Source: a virus | Taxonomy: Duplodnaviria > Caudoviricetes | IMG/VR virus record: IMGVR_UViG_3300017903_000747 | Span: 1 to 36,660 of that record | Length of the DNA: 36,660 nt | Strand: one strand, 5' to 3' | Shown: one piece after another, positions 1-8,616 of the stretch | Layout of the letters: every line of letters begins with the position of its first letter | Numbering within the stretch: position 1 is the first letter of the stretch | The notes under the pieces: model-generated | The model's input: the letters and a program-made list of their open reading frames with translations, nothing else | Told to the model about the DNA's origin: nothing | Databases searched by the model: none | Translations under genes and position numbers: made by a program

Positions 1-141
1 GCGTGTAGCGGCGCAGCATATTGATGTCACGGTGGCCTGAGAACAGCGCCACCGTCATGGCATCCAGACCCAGCTCGAACAACCGACTGCACCCCTCGTG
101 GCGCAGATCGTGCCAGCGGACATCGAGGCCGATGCGGTTCC
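1..141 (+). repeat. Terminal direct repeat, left copy (likely assembly overlap)
   Basis: Identical to 36520-36660; lies inside the integrase ORF. Confidence 0.95.
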
Positions 142-934
142 TTGAGCGTTGGAATGCTGCGGACACAGTCTCGCCGTTGTAGGGAAAGATCCGGTCATCG
201 GTGCGCGGCTGGCGCTGGATTATCTCGGCGGCCTCCTCCAGCAGCGGGACACGCGAGTAGCGTTTACCCTCTGGGTGCTTGCGCCACAGCCCGATGCTGC
301 GGCCCTCGTCGCCCAGCTCGTCCCATGTCATGCTCAACACCTCGCCGCGCCGCATGGCCGTCAGCACACTGAACCTGATCAGGTCTGCCAGCGGCAAGCG
401 GGTGTCTGCGTGCTGCAAGATCTGATCAATCTCAGCGTCAGTCACGCGCCGCTCGCGCTCGTTAGACTCGGCAATGACCTGCTTAGACTTCAGGAAGTGC
501 ATCGCCTTCTCGTACTCGTCCATTTTGGGTTTGCAGTCCCACGCGGCCTCGGCAGCCTTCAGCACCACACCGACATAGATCATGTCCTGCTGAACCGTGC
601 TGGCCTGCGCCTTCTTTGCCCTGTCTTTGGCGTAGCTGATCAGCGTCGAGGACTTGAGGTCTTTGAGGCTGTGGTGCCCGAGGTTACGCTGTACCAAACG
701 CAGCACACCCTGCTTGGTGTCACCAAATGGCCCGTACTCGTCAATGTATTTATCAACGCATTTGCCGAAGTTCATCTGATCCTCGCGGTAGTTGCCCTTG
801 GCGATGTTGGCCTCTGTCTCGGTCATCCACGCCTGAGCCAGTGCCTTCTTCGGGAAGGTCTTGGAGATGGCTGGCATTCCAGCCTTGCGGATCAGGACTC
901 TGTAGCTCTCGCCACGTTTTTGTATCACACCCAT
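1..934 (-). CDS. int: Tyrosine integrase (Rci/dusA-associated-integrase-like), N-terminal part; continues across the contig join; ~325 aa in total
   Basis: Not in ORF track. Manual translation MGVIQKRGESYRVLIRKAG...TAMRRGEV...WHDLRHEGCSRLFELG...SGHRDINMLRRYTH shows the R, HxxR, H, Y catalytic residues. Confidence 0.93.
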   Translation of the reverse strand, partial: MGVIQKRGESYRVLIRKAGMPAISKTFPKKALAQAWMTETEANIAKGNYREDQMNFGKCVDKYIDEYGPFGDTKQGVLRLVQRNLGHHSLKDLKSSTLISYAKDRAKKAQASTVQQDMIYVGVVLKAAEAAWDCKPKMDEYEKAMHFLKSKQVIAESNERERRVTDAEIDQILQHADTRLPLADLIRFSVLTAMRRGEVLSMTWDELGDEGRSIGLWRKHPEGKRYSRVPLLEEAAEIIQRQPRTDDRIFPYNGETVSAAFQRSRNRIGLDVRWHDLRHEGCSRLFELGLDAMTVALFSGHRDINMLRRYT

Positions 935-936
935 GT

Positions 937-1138
937 TGGTACACCCTCTGGTACAGTTTGAGCGTGAGTCTACGTTGACAAGCGTGTATTGACAAGGGTT
1001 TTAGGGCAGGCGGATCAACGGCTTAGTGAGGCTAAGTTATTGATTGTTATGCGTTGTGAGTAAATCGGCCCCATGATGGGTGGGATCAGGGGCCATATAA
1101 ATCAGTCACTTACAGACCGATGGTACTCACTTGGCTCA
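937..1138. promoter_or_regulatory. Putative attP: arm-type repeats, IHF sites and symmetric core
   Basis: TGGTACA x2 (937-943, 949-955), TGGTACT (1121-1127); IHF-consensus matches at 1013-1025 (one mismatch), 1033-1045 and 1100-1112; palindrome CCCAT-G-ATGGG (1070-1080) inside GGCCCC...GGGGCC. Confidence 0.7.
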
Positions 1139-1297
1139 CTTCTTCTTTTTCTTGGCGGTCTTTGCGGCCTGCTTAAAGGCCTTGGCGGTGGGTGCGCCCT
1201 TGCTTCCCGGTTTCCTCATTTTCTCTTTTGAGCCTGCGGCGATTCTCTTCTTCTTTGCGTGGATGTTGGCATACAAGCCTTTCTTCTTTCCGGGCAT
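1136..1297 (-). CDS. Small Lys-rich basic protein (GLYANIHAK family of aquatic phages)
   Basis: MPGKKKGLYANIHAKKKRIAAGS...; ATG at 1297 coupled to upstream TAA (TAATG). Confidence 0.8.
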   Translation of the reverse strand: MPGKKKGLYANIHAKKKRIAAGSKEKMRKPGSKGAPTAKAFKQAAKTAKKKKK

Positions 1298-1554
1298 TAG
1301 CTTCTCCTTGATTTTGCGCCGCTGCACTTCCAGCGTTTGCGTGACAGGTTGTTCGGTGTGTTGGGGTCGTTGGCCTTTTTCTTCGGCAGCCGCTTCTTGA
1401 TCCCCAGCGACCGGGCGCAGTAGCTGTCGCCCTTTGAGGTTCCGGGCTTGACCCTTGGCCCACCGCCCTTGGCCTTACCGGCCTGCCCGTAGCTGACCTT
1501 CTTGCCAGATGCGGTGACCTTGACCTTTGCTTTTCCTTTACGAGGTGTTGGCAT
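1297..1554 (-). CDS. Small basic protein (DUF6321-like)
   Basis: KKVSYGQAG...KGDSYCARS...SRKRWKC motif; GGAG RBS. Confidence 0.75.
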   Translation of the reverse strand: MPTPRKGKAKVKVTASGKKVSYGQAGKAKGGGPRVKPGTSKGDSYCARSLGIKKRLPKKKANDPNTPNNLSRKRWKCSGAKSRRS

Positions 1555-1563
1555 GTTTGCTCC

Positions 1564-2028
1564 CTAAGTGAATGCCTTGATGACCAGCAGGAAGAGACCG
1601 AAGGCGATGCCTCCACCAATCACCAGTGTGACGCCACCGGCCACGATCTGATGTATCAGTCTCTCTCGCTCTTTCTTCTTCTTCGCCATCAGCGCCATAT
1701 GCTCCTTACGTCTATGCTCCTGCTCTGCCTTGGCCCGTTTGAACTCCTCAAGCAGCTCGGGGTCGAGGGCGACTAACAGATCTGATAAGTCTTTCCAGTA
1801 CCGCTCCTGCTGCTTGCGGAGCCGGGTGATGGTGAACAGCTCGGACTGCGTCAGGGGCTTGAAGGTGCTGCTTGTTCTGCTGAGTTCAAACTCTGTCAGC
1901 CCCTCACCGAAGTCGCTGATCATCCCCATAACCTGCTGGACACCGGAGCCGGTCTCGTTGACCTGCTTCACCAGATTATTGATGGTTGATATGGCGGCTG
2001 TGGCTGCCGCTACCGATTCGATGATCAT
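1564..2028 (-). CDS. Hypothetical protein with coiled coil and C-terminal transmembrane helix
   Basis: Hydrophobic C-terminus IVAGGVTLVIGGGIAFGLFLLVI; ATGA coupling to upstream gene. Confidence 0.8.
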   Translation of the reverse strand: MIIESVAAATAAISTINNLVKQVNETGSGVQQVMGMISDFGEGLTEFELSRTSSTFKPLTQSELFTITRLRKQQERYWKDLSDLLVALDPELLEEFKRAKAEQEHRRKEHMALMAKKKKERERLIHQIVAGGVTLVIGGGIAFGLFLLVIKAFT

Positions 2029-3206
2029 AGTGGTGAGAACAATAGCGCCGTGTTGCCTGCTATGTTTCCAGCGGATCTCGCCCGTGCAGCTCTCTCTCGG
2101 TCTTGCATATACTCCTCTTCAAGAATACCTCTCAAGAACGGGTTGCTGTATGTTGACGTAGCTTGTTGCTCACGCGGCAGAGACTGCTCAGTGGTCATCC
2201 CGGATTGCACATCATCGTAAAGCTGTGTGCCTTGCATAGCGCCATAAGGATCATACGGAACAGTGGCTCTCATGCCGTCGATGTAGTCCATGCCTGCGCT
2301 TAACAGGCCAGCGCCGAACTCTTTAGCTGCACCCGGCTCCACTGGTGTTCTTCCTGAGCGTGGGCTTGCTTGAGCTTCTTCCGGCGCAACCATCTGGGCG
2401 GCCACGGCTAGAGGCACACCGTACTGACGCATAATCGTGATTAAATTGTCATCGAAGATGACGAAATTGCTTGTCTTCGGCCCCTTGGAAAAACGGGTCT
2501 GAGCGTCTGCGTACTTAACACCTTTGATTCCAGCAAATTTAAGTGCTTCAGGTGCGCCTTCTCGACCTTGTATGCCTGTAAAATGCTGTAGTATTTCGTG
2601 TCCTCTAGAGTCGCCGGTAACACCCGTGTTCAGGTAAACCTTGGTTCCTTCTGGGGAATAAGATTCAACCCCATTCAAAACCATGAGGTCATCAATTGCT
2701 TTTTGAACCTGCGGGGATTGCTCTTTTAGAGGCAAATCGTAATCAAGCAACTCTTCTGGCGAGGCGTCTATCTCGACCTCGTACATGCTGCCAAAATTGA
2801 CAGGGCTGCCGTCTTCTTTACGGAATCCGTCGATTTCATCTGCCATGTCTGCGGCTGCTTGCCGAAAGTCTTCGTCGTAATCGGTGTTATTAGCCAGATC
2901 CCTAAAATCTGCTGGCGTGTCATGCATCATTGCGCGTTCAAGCATTTCCGCCCGGAGATAGTCTTCGTTCTCCATTGCCTTTCGGTTTTCCGCAACTAAA
3001 TAATCTTCGTACTCAAAATCACGAGGGGTTAAAGAGTCTCGGTAGCTTTCTGCTGTCCCTTCACGTTCAGCAAAATAAAGTCCACGCCCGTAAGCCTGCG
3101 CCCCCTCACCTGTACCAATCTGGTCAGTGCTGAAGCGGTCAAAGCTGTAGGGTGAACCGTGGAAGGCTCGGAGCTTCTCTCTTAATACCGAGGCAATGGC
3201 AGACAT
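2025..3206 (-). CDS. ADP-ribosyltransferase-like (ART-PolyVal-type) domain protein, probably virion-delivered
   Basis: AFHGSPYSFDRF...GEGAQAYGRGLYFAE...MYEVEI...GIKGVKY...NFVIFD pattern; at the end of the ejection-protein cluster. Confidence 0.7.
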   Translation of the reverse strand: MSAIASVLREKLRAFHGSPYSFDRFSTDQIGTGEGAQAYGRGLYFAEREGTAESYRDSLTPRDFEYEDYLVAENRKAMENEDYLRAEMLERAMMHDTPADFRDLANNTDYDEDFRQAAADMADEIDGFRKEDGSPVNFGSMYEVEIDASPEELLDYDLPLKEQSPQVQKAIDDLMVLNGVESYSPEGTKVYLNTGVTGDSRGHEILQHFTGIQGREGAPEALKFAGIKGVKYADAQTRFSKGPKTSNFVIFDDNLITIMRQYGVPLAVAAQMVAPEEAQASPRSGRTPVEPGAAKEFGAGLLSAGMDYIDGMRATVPYDPYGAMQGTQLYDDVQSGMTTEQSLPREQQATSTYSNPFLRGILEEEYMQDRERAARARSAGNIAGNTALLFSPL

Positions 3207-3207
3207 A

Positions 3208-3696
3208 TCAAGACATCCTCAACACGCCAGCCTCTGGGGTGGGTGTGAACTGATTCGGGTCGTTAAGCATCCCAGTGCCTTGGCTTGCCTCCTCTAGCCG
3301 GAACCTCTCAGCCTCGCGCTCCAGCGGGGTCATGTACCCGTCATCCTCTGCTGGAGAAAAGAACTTAGTCATGTCCGGTGTTTGTAGATCCATCGCACCG
3401 AGCTGCACCATCCCAGCCGCCGGGTTCATGATGCCCCCACTGGCTAGTGTGCTTTGCATCAGCTTGGCGGAGTCCACAGCCATCCCGGTGTCGAAGTTAC
3501 GCACCGACGGCATTGTGATTTGATCTGCGTTGCCGAACCCAAGGGAGCGCATCGCTGGGTTCAGCATATCGCCCTTGGCCTGTATCAGGTCATCACGCTG
3601 CCCCGTCACGGCGCTTGCAAAGCCAGTGTCTGCAAAACTGTTGAGGAGGTTCTCTTTCGCCTTGCTGGCCCCGGCGATGATGCTCAGTAGTCCCAT
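3208..3696 (-). CDS. Hypothetical protein, possible internal virion protein
   Basis: 162 aa ORF tiling the operon, AAGGA RBS. Confidence 0.7.
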   Translation of the reverse strand: MGLLSIIAGASKAKENLLNSFADTGFASAVTGQRDDLIQAKGDMLNPAMRSLGFGNADQITMPSVRNFDTGMAVDSAKLMQSTLASGGIMNPAAGMVQLGAMDLQTPDMTKFFSPAEDDGYMTPLEREAERFRLEEASQGTGMLNDPNQFTPTPEAGVLRMS

Positions 3697-3704
3697 TGTT
3701 TTCC

Positions 3705-5906
3705 TTACTCTTCTAGTGCGCCGCCGCTGTTAGTTAGACGGTCTTCGCCTTGAAACATTGCAGCCCTCAGCACCGCGTTTATGTTTGCGTGTGGTAAAAC
3801 AGGCAGCTCATCTTTCCGCATCATTCTCATAGTGGCGGTATTAACCGTGCCCCTAGCCGCAGCTTCTGGCACAAAGTTGATAACCGGCACACCGCGAAGA
3901 CCTGTCAAGTTGAAGAGCAGATCCATCAGCTTGTAGGCAGTGCCTGAATTATTGACCGTCCCCTCAATAGGTTTTGTTCGAGAAACCTGTCGCTCAAACC
4001 TAGCTAATGTGTCGTACTGTTCCGGCGTCAGCAGCGTTTGCAGTATCGCTTCGCTCTTCTTAAAAGCTGTCGAGAATTTAGCCGCAGAAAAGATTTCATC
4101 GTCCGCAGAGTTGAGGTTGTTGATGTTGACCGCATCATCAAGCAAGTCCTTGACGTAGAAGGTTCGTAAATCATCGACAGCCTGCTGGTTTCCAGTGGCG
4201 TTCAACCTATCCATTACCCGCGTCAAGTTTTCTGGGCTGCTGGTTATCTTGCTGACAACCTGAGATGGGTCAATAAATGGGGTATCATCGTCAAGGGCTT
4301 TAGTTCGCGTGAGGTCTCTTAAAATGTCTCTGGACTCCCACAGCCCTTGAAACTCGGAGTACATTTCTCTGGCTGTACGCGCCTGATCTACAAGTGCCTC
4401 AATGTCTGCCTTGTTGATTCCAGCGGCTTGCAGAACCTCGTCATCTAACTGAGCGAGGTCATCTATATTCTTCGCCTGTGCGCCATCTAGTGCCGCCGTC
4501 ATCTCTCTGACAATCTGCTTAGATTGGTTGCTGTTGGCGTTGTAGAACTTATTTATGAACTGGCGCACATCTTCGGCGTTTCCGTAGCTTAGACGATCAA
4601 GCTGCTGACCTGTCTTTTGCAGGAGTATGTTCCCGCTCAACATATCTGGATCAAGCACACCTCGATCTACCAGCATATTGCCGATGTCGGTCAGCATACC
4701 GCTCTCGCTGCCGGAGTATTCCCTAACTAGCTTCAGGTACGTCTCTGCTATGTCTCCTGTAGGAAAGTTGAGTCCTGCGCCGGTGCTGCTAGACAACGCT
4801 CTGGCAGTATCGTATGCGGTATCGTATGCGTCCTTGCCCTCGGCACGGGCTTGAACAAGGGCGTCTTTAACTACACCGCCTATGCCAGTGCGTTGTTCGA
4901 CCTCATTGCCCAAGGCGTCTAGCACAGGTTGCCCACCGAAATCATCAGCAAGAACACCACCTGCTTGCTTAATATCCGCGTTCTGCTGATTGCGGAAGTC
5001 GCGCATTCTTGTGCCTGCCTCGTTAGACATACGGGAGGCCGTGGCCTCCGCAGACTGCTGTATGAAAGCATCCTGTCCGGGTGGCATTGACTGCCCCTTG
5101 GTTAATGCAAAACCAAACTCGGTCTCCAGTGCTTCGCGGACAGCGGCGTCAACATCGTCATCAACCTTGAAACCTGCAAGCACTTGCTGCGTCTCGGGTT
5201 TGAGGTCGTACATTTCAAGACCTTGGCCTCGCAACGCTTCCTCAACCTTATTAACCTTGCCTCCTTCAGAATCCAGCAGACCTGATTTTTTGCTGCGAAC
5301 AAACCGCGTCAAAGCAGTCGTTACGCCCTCCGCAAAAGTACCGAAAGCCATGCCTTGCGCGGCGTTACCCAGCCTAGTTTCCCCTTCTAATGGCATAATC
5401 ACGCCGCCTTCCAAACCGCCACCAAAACCACTTAAACCTAAGCGTGTCAAAAAGTTGGTTGAAGCAGGAAGACCGCCTGTGAACGGAACAGCCATTGCAG
5501 GCATAGCCTGCCCGACAACATTCGCCGTAAATCCAGCCACCGGGTTCTGCTCCTCAATGGCCTCCTGCGCGAACTGTTGCTGACGGATCTCGTTCTTCTG
5601 CTGCTGATCGTCACCGTAACCCACGAGGTTTTGTAGCCCAGTGACCACGCGGTTGGCACCTATGCCTGCTGCGGTCAGCATACGATCACCGAAGCCCAGC
5701 TCGTTCATCTGCTGCTGTGCGCTGTACTGCTCCATCTGGCGATTGAACTCGTCCTGCGATGGTCTTAGCTGGCCGTTGTAAAAACTGTTGGGATAAAGCT
5801 CTTGTAGCCTGTCTGCTGCCAATTGCGCTCTCTGTTGCACTTGAGGGTCTTCAGATGCTAAATCTGGCGCAATACGGGCGTAGACTGATCTGACATCATT
5901 CGCCAT
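3705..5906 (-). CDS. Large DNA ejection/internal virion protein
   Basis: 733 aa, helical, Gly/Ala-rich hydrophobic patch; third gene of the ejection trio by synteny. Confidence 0.7.
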   Translation of the reverse strand: MANDVRSVYARIAPDLASEDPQVQQRAQLAADRLQELYPNSFYNGQLRPSQDEFNRQMEQYSAQQQMNELGFGDRMLTAAGIGANRVVTGLQNLVGYGDDQQQKNEIRQQQFAQEAIEEQNPVAGFTANVVGQAMPAMAVPFTGGLPASTNFLTRLGLSGFGGGLEGGVIMPLEGETRLGNAAQGMAFGTFAEGVTTALTRFVRSKKSGLLDSEGGKVNKVEEALRGQGLEMYDLKPETQQVLAGFKVDDDVDAAVREALETEFGFALTKGQSMPPGQDAFIQQSAEATASRMSNEAGTRMRDFRNQQNADIKQAGGVLADDFGGQPVLDALGNEVEQRTGIGGVVKDALVQARAEGKDAYDTAYDTARALSSSTGAGLNFPTGDIAETYLKLVREYSGSESGMLTDIGNMLVDRGVLDPDMLSGNILLQKTGQQLDRLSYGNAEDVRQFINKFYNANSNQSKQIVREMTAALDGAQAKNIDDLAQLDDEVLQAAGINKADIEALVDQARTAREMYSEFQGLWESRDILRDLTRTKALDDDTPFIDPSQVVSKITSSPENLTRVMDRLNATGNQQAVDDLRTFYVKDLLDDAVNINNLNSADDEIFSAAKFSTAFKKSEAILQTLLTPEQYDTLARFERQVSRTKPIEGTVNNSGTAYKLMDLLFNLTGLRGVPVINFVPEAAARGTVNTATMRMMRKDELPVLPHANINAVLRAAMFQGEDRLTNSGGALEE

Positions 5907-7227
5907 TAGGTAGCACCTCGCTTCCTTGTGTTGCTTCTACGTAACCCGCTAATGCCGCGTCTGCTGGATCGGTTGTGTCCCGAACACTTACTTCTACGGG
6001 AGGAGCCGGTGGTGGTGCGTCAGACACCTGATCGTCTCCAAAGTTGAGGCTAACCTCATCGCCCAACAAAGTTTTGATATCGTCTTCGGAGTATTGATAC
6101 TTGCTGAACTCTGTAGCGTATCGGCCTCGTTTTTCGTTGTACTTGTCTTCATACAACTTGGCGATTTCACCGGCCACTTCAAGCATCTCTTGAGCGACTT
6201 CAGGTCTAATAAACTCACCTGTTTTGACATTGCTTATCATCGACATCAGCTTGGTGTGCAAGCCCCCAGCCTGTGCGGCTAGTTGGAACTCACCCTCTCT
6301 AACCACAGAGTTGGGGTCTAGTGTCTTCATGAATGTGAACACTGCGGCGATGTTGCCGACAGCATTGCCTGAACCAAGAGAAGCCTTCAAAGCAGAATAT
6401 CCTTGCAGCGCGTCACGGTATCCGCTGGTTACAGTCTCAAACTTCTCTGCTCTTCCTAGTACGGTCTTGTGTAGCTGCGCGTCTATTACTGTGTCACCAA
6501 ACTGGATAGCTTGACCTTTCCTCACACGAAATAGTTTTGTTAAAGCCTCCCTCTGCTGCGGGTCTCTGTACATGTTCTGCAAGCCTTCGCCAACGGCGAA
6601 GTTTTGCAGCTCCTTCTCGAAGGGCGACATCATCTGGATGCGCTGATTGGCTCGGCTGTTCTCTAAGGCGTTGGCGGCTGCGAGGCGCTGAGTGCGTGAG
6701 TTTGAAAACTTCTGATAGTTCGCCTCGCGCAGCGCATTCATCTCGTTGAAGCGGAGGTTGTACCCGGTCTTCAACCTGTCGCTCGGGTCGTACTGGCTCT
6801 GGTCTTGTCCCTTGAGCCAGAACAGCGGGGACAAGAAAATACGCCCAGCGTCTGCCAGTGTGTCTCCTGCCTTGAACAACTTGCTGTTGGCAATGGCCTC
6901 AGTCTGCTGCCTGTCGCGTTCCTGCATCATTTGGAGCCGCACCATGGCAGATCCAGCAATATCCCGCTGCGGGTCTACAAACCCGCCCTTGCCGTCCGGT
7001 ATGAAGCCAGCCCGGCTCAGCGTGTAGTTTCGCTCTGCCGCGAGTTGTGCGCGTTGGTCTTCGGGCATCGAGGCAGGTATGTTAGCGAGGGGGTTTATCG
7101 GCAAGGTTTGATCCATACCCTGCTGCGGCGTTAGGTATCCTTGCTCCGCCATGCGGCGCTCATACTCTTCCTGCTCTGCAAGATCCAGCGCCCCACCGCG
7201 AAGCATGTCAAATGGAAGTTCAGCCAT
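5896..7227 (-). CDS. DNA ejection/internal virion protein
   Basis: 443 aa; FMKTLDPNSVVREGEF motif typical of podovirus ejection proteins; synteny. Confidence 0.7.
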   Translation of the reverse strand: MAELPFDMLRGGALDLAEQEEYERRMAEQGYLTPQQGMDQTLPINPLANIPASMPEDQRAQLAAERNYTLSRAGFIPDGKGGFVDPQRDIAGSAMVRLQMMQERDRQQTEAIANSKLFKAGDTLADAGRIFLSPLFWLKGQDQSQYDPSDRLKTGYNLRFNEMNALREANYQKFSNSRTQRLAAANALENSRANQRIQMMSPFEKELQNFAVGEGLQNMYRDPQQREALTKLFRVRKGQAIQFGDTVIDAQLHKTVLGRAEKFETVTSGYRDALQGYSALKASLGSGNAVGNIAAVFTFMKTLDPNSVVREGEFQLAAQAGGLHTKLMSMISNVKTGEFIRPEVAQEMLEVAGEIAKLYEDKYNEKRGRYATEFSKYQYSEDDIKTLLGDEVSLNFGDDQVSDAPPPAPPVEVSVRDTTDPADAALAGYVEATQGSEVLPNGE

Positions 7228-7236
7228 AGCCTTTCC

Positions 7237-8358
7237 TTAGAATCCGAATGAAGTTGAGCGTGAGCTGCCTCGGCTGGAGGACGTAGAGCTGGACAGGTTG
7301 TTCGGCGCACCAACGATCTGGTTGTAGAAGTTCAGCGCGTTGAACGGTGCCATACCTGCGCGGTACTGCTGGTTCATCAGTTGCTGTTCGTAGTCTCTGC
7401 CGTACTGCCCTGACGCCAGTTGCTGACCGACGCCAGTGTTAAACATGTTGGCCCCGGTACGCATCGCGTCCACGCCAGCCTGACCGCCTCGGAATGCAAG
7501 GTTTGCGCCAAACTGCTGACCCTGCTGGTTGGTGTTGAATGCTCTCTGACCTAGTGAGGAGCCAAACTGTCTAGCTTGGTTAAACGCCCCGGCGTTGTAC
7601 TGATTCGCTTGCTGCTGTAGACCTGCGTTCATCTGGTTTGCAGCTTGCTGGAAGCCAGCGTTCTGTGACGCACGACCTGCCTCGATGCCCAGCGCCTGAC
7701 CGTATGCTTGGCCGCGCATCTGCGCGGCTACATCTGCCGATCTGTCAGCAGCTCCACGCATGGCGATGGCGTCCATGACGGCGCGGCGGCTTGAGCCGCT
7801 GTTACCAGAACCGGCTGCCATAGCCGCGTTTCCGGTCAGTTGGTTCTCGTTCAGGTTCCTGCCTATGTCGCGTGTGGCGGCATTGATCTGCCCCTGCAAA
7901 ATATCGTTATTGATGTAGTTGCCGAGGTTGGCTTGGTTGAATCCTTGGTTGGTGGCGGCGTTCATTTGCGCGGCGTCCATGCCTGCGGCACCAGCGGCGA
8001 ACTGGTTGCCGGTGTCTACGGCGAAGTCTCTACCGCCCTGTGGCCCTTGACCCATCGCACGGTCAGCGAAATTCATAGATCCGCCAAAGCCGCTGCTCAT
8101 CATGCCGCTGCCGTAGCCCATCATCCCCGTGCCGCCAGTGGCCTGCATGTTGCCGCCCATGTACTGGTTCTGGAGCGCGTTAGCTAGGTTGGGGTTGATA
8201 CCGGCAACGCCTTCCACCGGCATACCGCCAGCATTCAGGTTCTGCGCCTGCCTGCGTATGTCCTGAAGAAACGGCTGCTGCGACGGATCAACGTATGTGT
8301 TGGCTTGGCTGTCTGAGCTGCTCTTTGATTTGCTGCTTCCAAATGAAAATAAACCCAT
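7237..8358 (-). CDS. DNA transfer/pilot protein (P22 gp7-like position)
   Basis: MGLFSFGSSKSKSSS start; Gln/Gly/Ala/Asn-rich; Ser-rich end. Confidence 0.7.
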   Translation of the reverse strand: MGLFSFGSSKSKSSSDSQANTYVDPSQQPFLQDIRRQAQNLNAGGMPVEGVAGINPNLANALQNQYMGGNMQATGGTGMMGYGSGMMSSGFGGSMNFADRAMGQGPQGGRDFAVDTGNQFAAGAAGMDAAQMNAATNQGFNQANLGNYINNDILQGQINAATRDIGRNLNENQLTGNAAMAAGSGNSGSSRRAVMDAIAMRGAADRSADVAAQMRGQAYGQALGIEAGRASQNAGFQQAANQMNAGLQQQANQYNAGAFNQARQFGSSLGQRAFNTNQQGQQFGANLAFRGGQAGVDAMRTGANMFNTGVGQQLASGQYGRDYEQQLMNQQYRAGMAPFNALNFYNQIVGAPNNLSSSTSSSRGSSRSTSFGF

Positions 8359-8367
8359 GATCCTGTC

Positions 8368-8616
8368 CTATGCTATGAACTGCCAACCGGCGTCGTAATA
8401 GTAAAGCCCACGGCCTGAGCCGGGGTTCCATGCCGTCCCATCCGCAAAAACCACCTGACCCTCAACGGGCTTAGATGGCTCTGCGGTTAAAACCGGCAGA
8501 GTTGTTGTTTGCGATGCCACCGTGAAACCGTTGGCGATCCTGTTAAGCTCCTGCACCAGCCAGCTCCGTAGGCCGACCGCCGTGTCTGCTGCTGTGGATG
8601 ACGGTATGTAACTCAC
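8368..8616 (-). CDS. Small tail-associated protein
   Basis: ELNRIA...ADGTAWNPGSGRGLYYY motif; follows tail hub gene. Confidence 0.7.
   Translation of the reverse strand: MSYIPSSTAADTAVGLRSWLVQELNRIANGFTVASQTTTLPVLTAEPSKPVEGQVVFADGTAWNPGSGRGLYYYDAGWQFIA

Noticed and set aside
1-141. 141 bp terminal repeat as a biological direct terminal repeat
   Set aside because: It falls inside the integrase ORF and its length equals a common assembler k-mer (141); best read as circular contig overlap
149-961. 270 aa plus-strand ORF
   Set aside because: Antisense shadow of the integrase, which has full catalytic motifs
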